From assembly GCF_009914755.1 (NCBI RefSeq), contig NC_060931.1: a stretch of DNA of 64,000 bases; one strand, written 5' to 3'. The stretch comes from the human T2T-CHM13v2.0 reference genome, Homo sapiens. Under the pieces are notes generated by a model. The model saw only the letters and a program-made list of their open reading frames with translations. It ran no database searches and was not told where the DNA came from. Position 1 is the stretch's first letter; each line of letters starts with the position of its first letter. Positions 55,896 to 64,000 of this stretch are shown one piece after another. Made by a program: the position numbers and the translations under genes.

Positions 55896-57019
55896 CATGG
55901 TTGACTACTTGCTTTGATTCTATCAGATGGCAGTTTGAAAAACTAATGAAATCATTTATTTGCATTTCTGATTTCCTCTGTTTAAAGTTTAGGGCAATGG
56001 AATGTGAGCATTTTTTTTTCTACTGCTAAGGGTGAAAATAAATAAGCAATGTGTCAAATATAATAGGCATGAATAGAGACATAATAAGCCCAAGTAAATA
56101 AAATAAGCATACCCAGCTTATTTCTAGTTTCTTTAAAACGCCTGAGGAAATACATCATGGAGGCATAAAGCTGTGCATTTTCACCTTGGGTAGGCAGGAA
56201 AGAGATGCTATTTTATTTTTTGTTTCTGAGACTGGTCTCTGCTCAGGTTGGTCTTGAACTTCTGACCTGGGCAAGAGACACTATTATGAACAAGGTGAGC
56301 AGGGCTGGACAGAGACGCATGCCTCCTGCTTCTTCCCTGCTCAGCCAAAACCGTGGCAAAGAACTCTCTCCTCTGCCGAGTAAAGCACATAGTCCATAGA
56401 GAACTGAGATCAAGAGTTACTTCAAAGAAGAATAGAATGATTTAGTAAGGGAGGAGGAAACATTTTTCTCTGTGTACATGTGTGCATATGTGAGAAGTTT
56501 TATAAAGTATTTTTCTTAATTTTATTTTTAAAACATTTAGTAAGATAAATATAACTATGAAAAACATTTAAATTAATGTGTTTAAACATGCTAATGTCCT
56601 GTGATCCCAGCTTTATGATAGAATTTCCTCTTTGATTGACTATGATTATGTGATATACCAACTCTTTATTCTAAGCAAGATATATGATAAGAGCATGGAA
56701 TGTTTGCAATACTAATGACTTACAAATTATATGCAGATTATTTCTGAAGGCACGAGACTTTTTTTTCAGGTTCCAGTAATGGGAAAGATGGGAAAACACC
56801 CAGCAATTGACTTCACGCCAGAAAAACTCCAACTGACTCATTCTACTTAATTGCTTAATCTAAATTATTTCTCCACAGTAGCTTCACAAATATGGCTTTG
56901 AGTCTTTTTTTCCTAAGGATTAAAACAAATTGTGGTGACCCACTGAAATTACACAAATTAGGGTAAAAGGAATGTAAGTTGCATCACACAATACTAATAT
57001 TCAGTGATATAACTTTAAA

Positions 57020-57275
57020 ACATGCATTCTCAATGAGAATGATATCTCCGCAAGGGGGCAAAAACTGGTTCTTGGGGGAGGAAAAAACTCTACTTTTTTT
57101 ATGTATAAATCACTGATATATATACAGTATATCAAAAATACATAACATACTTATGGTAATACAATTTCATGGGACGTGATTAGACGTCTAATCAAGTCTA
57201 ATCATGTCTAAAAAGACGTCTAATCATGTCTAAAAAGGTAATAAAGGGGAAAAACAAAATGTTGAAAAACATTGT
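57020..57275. mobile_element. hAT-Charlie-like MITE (family uncertain)
   Basis: Termini ..TTCTCAA.. and ..GTTGAAAAACATTG, with AAGGGGGCAAAAACTGGTTCTTGGGGG. Confidence 0.5.
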
Positions 57276-58377
57276 TTTAAAATATATCTCCTAAATCTCG
57301 GCCAGTAAGTCTCTTCCATATTGCTGTCACTAGGTGAAGAGCACATATTGCTCTCCTTTCCTGGCCTTAACCCTCTTGAAAGCCAGTGATAAAATGCCTC
57401 ACCTCCAACTGCCTCTAGTGAGGTTGTACATACAAAATTATGGACAAGAAGGAGTCCAACCAGCTTTCCTTTCCGAGGTCCTGCGTGCTAATTGATTGTG
57501 TGTGCTTGATGCCGAGACACTGTGAACTCGAGAAAAGAGACACTTTAATATCTCTGAAATCAGGATGTGTTTTACCATCAGTGGCATCCTAGATGAAATG
57601 AACAATAATACTTTTTGTCATCACTGTGAGCTGAATATTTTTCTCCTAAATTTACTAAAGTTTAATTTAGACTGTTTGCATCTCTAGTCAATAGCAAAAT
57701 TTACTCCATAGCCTTTTTTGTTCATACTCCTTTTATCTAGAGCAGGGTATTATATTAAAGTTAAATTGGGATATTTGCATTCATTAAATGGCCTGGTTAA
57801 TTTAAAAGATGTTATGATTACATTTTTGTTAGAAGTTATTTTGCACCGGTTGGTCCAGCTGTTTTTTTTCTAATGGTACATCTTTAATCACCTTTTCAAT
57901 CTCCTTTATGAATTTCAGCTCTTCAACTGCTTGGATAAATTTTAATAACTTATATTTACCTTCTATGTTGTTTGGTGAATGTGTTTATGAGAGTTGCCTC
58001 AAACTATATTTTTAAATTATATACTGTAATCTAACCTTGCTGCTGCTTTTCATCTTCCATCTTGTTATCTGATATGAACATTACCACTCCTACTTTCATT
58101 TTGCTTGAATTTGCAGAGCATGTTTTGACCCATTCCAGTATTTTCAACCTTTCTATATCATTTGCTTAAAGTGTGTTTGTTTTTTGATAATCCAAAATGA
58201 CAATCTTATATTTTAAGGGGATAATTCAGCCCTTTCTTATTTTAGTACGAAATTTGTGTAGTTGTTTTATTTCTATATCTTATGTCACACTGTTTATTAT
58301 ATTTTGAGGTGTCTTCTTTTTCCTCTTTTTTTTTTATTTTGCTAGTTTCATTTGCTATTCATTCTTTCCCCTCCCCC

Positions 58378-58507
58378 CTTTTAAAAATTAGAGACAGGGT
58401 CTCGCTATGTTACCCAGGCTGGTCTTGAACTCCTGGGCTCAAGCAGTCGTTGCCCCTCGGCTTCCCAAAGTGCTGAGATTCCAGGCCTGAGTCACAGCAC
58501 CTGACCC
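58378..58507 (-). mobile_element. FLAM/Alu monomer
   Basis: AGAGACAGGGTCTCGCTATGTTACCCAGGCTGGTCTTGAACTCCTGGGCTCAAGC; CTTTCCC(C)TCCC flanks both sides. Confidence 0.88.
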
Positions 58508-59183
58508 CTTTCCCTCCCTTTTTAATGTTAAGTTCTGCTGAAATTGATTTTATTAAGACTTATCTTCCCTTTTCTAGTGGTCATAATCATACGTGCATTT
58601 TCTGCTATTTTCTGGAAACACAATGTTAATTTTTAATCACAATCTTAATTTGGTAATTAATAAATCAAAATGCTTTATTCCTCCTTGTTTCCCCCTAATC
58701 TGATAAGAATTTTAGAAGACTGAGTCTCCAAAACTTATTTGCTGAAGCTACTTCCTTTCTAGCAAAAGGCCAACTGTATTCCACCTAATGACCTCTTAGG
58801 AATTTATAAAAGAGGAAACACATCAAATCTAATTATTATGCCAAAGAGAGATATAAAAACCACATGGTAGTCTATATATAGATGAGTATACATTACTGCA
58901 TATGTTTTTGCAATCATAAATTCAAAATAAGACATCTGAATCTATAATTACAAGCCATACTGTAATGGAATCTTTAGTATTTATTTTGGTTCACTGAACT
59001 TAGTGACAAAATACAATGTAGCTAAACAGTGAATTTTGTTTTATTTTAACAGAATATTAGGAAATTTAAAAGTTATATGTATAAAGAAAGTTTTATGGCT
59101 ATAAAGAGGTATAATTTCCCTGAAAAATAAGTATAGCAAAATATATGTTTTGTTAAAGGAGAGGTTGCTATCAGTCCACTCTA

Positions 59184-59799
<616 letters not shown>

Positions 59800-59917
59800 T
59801 ATTCCCATATGCTAAGCAAACAATTCAGTAGCATTAAATTAATTAAGCTACTACTTATAATTTCATACTTTAGAAAATAATTTGTTTAGTTAAGCTAGTT
59901 TAACTTTATTTAAACTC

Positions 59918-60353
59918 GCAGATAAACACATTATGGTAAACCCATACAATGGAATATTACTTGGTCATTAGAGGGAATGAAGCAGTGATGCATGCTACAT
60001 GGATCAATCTTGAAAACATTATGTAAAGTGAAAAAAGCCAGACACAAAAGGTCACATATTGTTTAGTTCCACTTATATGACATGTTCAGAACAGGCAAAT
60101 CTACTGAGATATAAAGTTTTATAGATTACTGGTTATTTATGGCTGAGGGAATGATATGGCTGAGAGGATGGACCAATGAGGAATAATAGCTGAAGTTTAT
60201 AGGATTTCTTTGTGGTGATGAAAATGTTCTCAAATTGACTGTGGACATGGTTGTACATGTCTGTGAATATATTAAAAATTATCGAATTGTGAACTTTGAA
60301 TGTTTGGATTATATTGTTTATTAATTATATCTGTGAATAAATCTGTCAAAAAA
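59918..60353 (+). mobile_element. L1MB-like 3' end
   Basis: CCATACAATGGAATATTAC...TGAAAACATTATG.AAGTGAAAAAAGCCAGACACAAAAGG...GGTGATGAAAATGTTCT...AATAAA and short A-tail. Confidence 0.85.
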
Positions 60354-63300
60354 CCTTCTTAAAGGTTAGTTGCAATGGAGAATCTGAATCCATTTCAATG
60401 AACATTTCATACTTTGCAACATAAAATCAATTGATCTATCCAAAGCATGTAAACTTTGATTGGATCTTTGACTTTGACTGGCAGACACCCTAAAAGGGTC
60501 TCAGACACAGCCAAGATCCCCAAACTGCAGCTGGAGAACTGTTGTGTTAAGCTACAGAGTTTGAACTTCAGAAAGGTACAATTTGTTTTTTTTTTTTTTT
60601 TTTAAAAAAAGCTCTTTCTCAACTTGTGTGAGTTCCTGGAGTAAACTATTTCTGGTTAGGTTGGAAGTAATATTCAAACTTTTTTTTTAGATAGAGTACA
60701 AAAACATTTACATTTCTATCAGTCTAGAAATAATGGCAAATGCATGTGAGATGCAGGTCAACTAAGGAGACTAGTGAGGCTGGAAATGAAGATTTTTGGG
60801 AAAAAATATTGGATGCTTTTACAGATAAAGCATTTAATACCATGAGAAAGCTGTCTGAACTCAGATAGTTTTGGAAATCTGACTCTGAGTAGTAGTGGGA
60901 GAGAAAGAAAAGCTGGATACAGAGTAATACCGCAGGCAGAACCCAGGAAGTTCCTTGTTAATGTTCACCAGACACAGGGAAAATCATTTCCTTAAGAAAC
61001 AAAAGAGGTGGGGTCCACGTGACTATCCTTGACGTAAATTAACATTCTTTCTCACTTAAAAAGTAGCAATAAATAGCTCTTACTTATATAGCCAAAGGTT
61101 AAAGAGTGAATTTTAAAAACATTTTAATGTAATAAGTTATCTATTTTTATGCATGTATAGTCAGGAGAACAACAAAATTGGGCACAATAAAATTGCTGTA
61201 TAAATATATTGTACTGGAGTAGAAAGAGCAAAAGATAGAAGGCATAAGAAAGATGGACAAGTTTGGGGTAACCATTGCATGCCAAGACTTGATCATTCAG
61301 GAGCAAACTTTCCCAACTACTCTGCCAGAAACTCAGTCTCCCGTTGTGATAAAACAGTCTTCACACTCTCATATTTCAGAGCTGACATGTGTTTTATCCT
61401 ATTTATTCACTCACTCAAGCCACTCTATTATTTAATGACTAAGCCTTCAGAGGCCATTTAAACTTCAGTTTATGTGCTTGTTTGATCCTGGCACAAATAC
61501 CTTAAAGGTTAATTTAGATTTTCATCGTTTCACTTGAATTTGTTTCTTAATGAGTCATCCTTTCAACTAATATTTATGAACTGTGTACAGGGTGTTACTA
61601 TAAACAGCAAACTTGCTCTTCCCTTAACAAAACACACTTATAAAACTTTTATCTTCGGGTAAGACTATAAATGTGTGTATACATACCACAGATTGGTGTG
61701 TGTATGTAAATACCACAGATTGGTATGTGTAACAGTTTTTAACTTCATAGAAATTATTGCTAGATAAAAAGGTGGTTTTATTGAAAAGGAGCAGCACACT
61801 CTCTTTTTCTAGAACACACTGATTCCTGTGAAATAACTTGCAGTATGAGATTGGCTGTTCTTGGACCATATTACAAAAGAGCTTAATTATTAGAGTAAAC
61901 AAAGGTATGTATTACATAGAGCTCTCATTTATAAAGATGGGGGTCAGAGCTTGGGCCCAAAATCTAATACAGTATCTTCCAAAATTGATTTATGTTCACT
62001 TCGGTTTCTCCAACTAAAGAAATATGATTTCATAATATTGAACAATACTCTTTAGTTTCTATGTGTCTTCATTTCTTACTTAAACTCTGTATTCTGGCTT
62101 TTATGATTCAATTGTTAGATTAAACAACTCCAACTTTGGTTCCAGGTTTTATGTTTGAAAATTCTGATGTCAAAAATGAAAGCACATTTTCTTAGTTCAA
62201 ACAACAACAACAACAAACCACAAAGCAGGTTAAATGTATTTCTCTGAAATTAACTGTCACCCTTTTCTGAAGAGTGAACTGTATTTGGATTGTGTGACAG
62301 AATGTGCTCTTTTAGTCATGATTTATTGCTGTTGTTGAGACTGCTCTAAGAATGCGATTTCAGGGTATTCTAAAAAATGAATATTATTTTTTAGAAATGT
62401 GCATTCAGTTTATTTACTCGTCTGCTTGGCCAGATGATAATATCAGAATGACACTGCAAATTTTTTTGTTATCAGGATTTTAATAAAAATGAAATACAGA
62501 TAATTCAGGAGTTAGAAAAATTTATTTATTTATTTATTTATTTACATGGTCAAAACTAAAAAGAGAGGACTGCAAGCAGAATCTTGGCTAGAGAAATGCC
62601 AGACAGAACTGAACATGCCGAGCACTAGTGATAACTGTAACACTGAAGGAGTGAATGGCACTGTAAAATTGTCTTATGTGCCTTTCATTTGTTTCTTTGA
62701 TATGTGCCCATTATTTTGCATAAACATGCAAAGTGGAATGTAAACTAGAGTCATAAAACCATAAAATTCAGATCTGGAATCTCTTAATTTTAATAATGAG
62801 AACCTCGGACTAATTAGTCAATGTTAGGTCTCTTTATCCACATTTTTCACATATAACTTTATGGAATTTTCAATTCCCTTACACAGATATGTAATTTTAT
62901 AGACCTCATTATTGTGATGTACATCACAGTGCCAAGTTGACTTTGTTTTCTAATAAAAGCTTTCCTTGCCCTTTTAATTTTTATCTTAGGAAGGAAATGA
63001 TTGTAAAACTATCTAAATTAATACATTGCCCTTTGGAACCATATTATTGATGCCTCTTAAATAATTGTTTTGTCCTTTAGTGAGGAAACAAACTCCTCTC
63101 CAGTCATTTTTTTCTTTGTTTTTCTATTAAAATGATTCGAATAGCCTTGACCTATGTGTGTTTATCAAATGCTTGTTGAGGAGTTATCGTCTAGACTAGC
63201 TAGTGAGCTTAAGGACTGAAATTGTGGAACCACAGCTGACGCAGCGCTTGCCTGTGAAGATGCCTGCCAGAAACTATGTTCAAGGTTGCTCCATAAATAG

Positions 63301-63744
63301 TAAATCTTTTTCCTGTGTAGTCTTTAATAGGAGCTTAAAATGGATTTGTAGAGGGCCCTGTGGATTGAACAACAGGAAATTTTAACCAAGTCATTAATAG
63401 CTAATGATGTGAACTGTAGGCAACTATCCACCGTCAGTCATAGGAGTAAGAGGAGACAAAGGCCAGATCAAGGAAAGGGAGGGTGGCAGCTTTTACTGCA
63501 GCAACTTCTCACTTCCTGCCTAATATATTTGTTATTCCAATGATAAACATAATTCACTGGCTCATTTACTTTTCTCTTTATTTATTTATTTATATATTTA
63601 TATATGTGCTTATATATTTATAGTTAAATAGAAATGTTTATTTCTAATAAATACTTCTAAATTTATTGTGTTGTTTCCTTGTGTTTTATATTACTTTAAA
63701 TAACCATAAAACAGCTTACATATTCCTTTTTACATTTGAAGCAA

Positions 63745-64000
63745 ATATTTGTTGAAATGTACTCTGTTAAGAATCACATATCTGATAAACATCTTGTATT
63801 CAGAATATATAGAGAGCTCTCAAAACTCAATAGTAAGAAAAACAACTCCGTAAAAACAGTCAAAAGATTTGAAAGGACACTTCACCAAAGAAGGTAAATA
63901 TACACATGAAAATATGCCCAATTTCATTAGCCATTTGGGAAGTGTAGGTTAAAACCACAATGAGATACACTAGGTATTTATTAGAATGTTTACAATTGAA
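63745..64000 (+). mobile_element. L1M ORF2 3' fragment (runs off the window)
   Basis: CACATATCTGATAAA...AAAACTCAATAGTAAGAAAAACAAC...GACACTTCACCAAAGAAG...AAAACCACAATGAGATAC. Confidence 0.85.

Overview
This is AT-rich primate (very likely human) genomic DNA, not microbial. It opens with the end of the last intron and the final coding exon of GNAI1 (G-protein alpha-i1; 642-832, + strand, ending ...[10 protein letters not shown]). The 3' UTR follows, with a proximal poly(A) signal pair at about 2712-2727 and a candidate distal signal at 9504-9509. The remaining ~54 kb has no recognisable protein-coding gene and is dominated by transposon fossils: about 11 Alu/FLAM copies, MIR/L2/L1 fragments, MaLR LTRs and Tigger/hAT elements. 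It also holds a full-length 7SL retrocopy and a decayed two-LTR ERV-L (LTR16-type) provirus with recognisable RT and integrase/dUTPase remnants. I found no convincing new multi-gene system. The best leads are regulatory and structural: a possible ~8.7 kb long 3' UTR isoform carrying a triple miR-17-family seed cluster, a four-CCAAT cluster, two antisense Alus and a perfect 32-bp tandem repeat; two palindrome/templated-insertion scars; a 7SL copy ending in a T-tract; and a Tigger MITE that appears to have captured host DNA. Repeat family names come from remembered consensus sequences, and the boundaries of old repeats are approximate.
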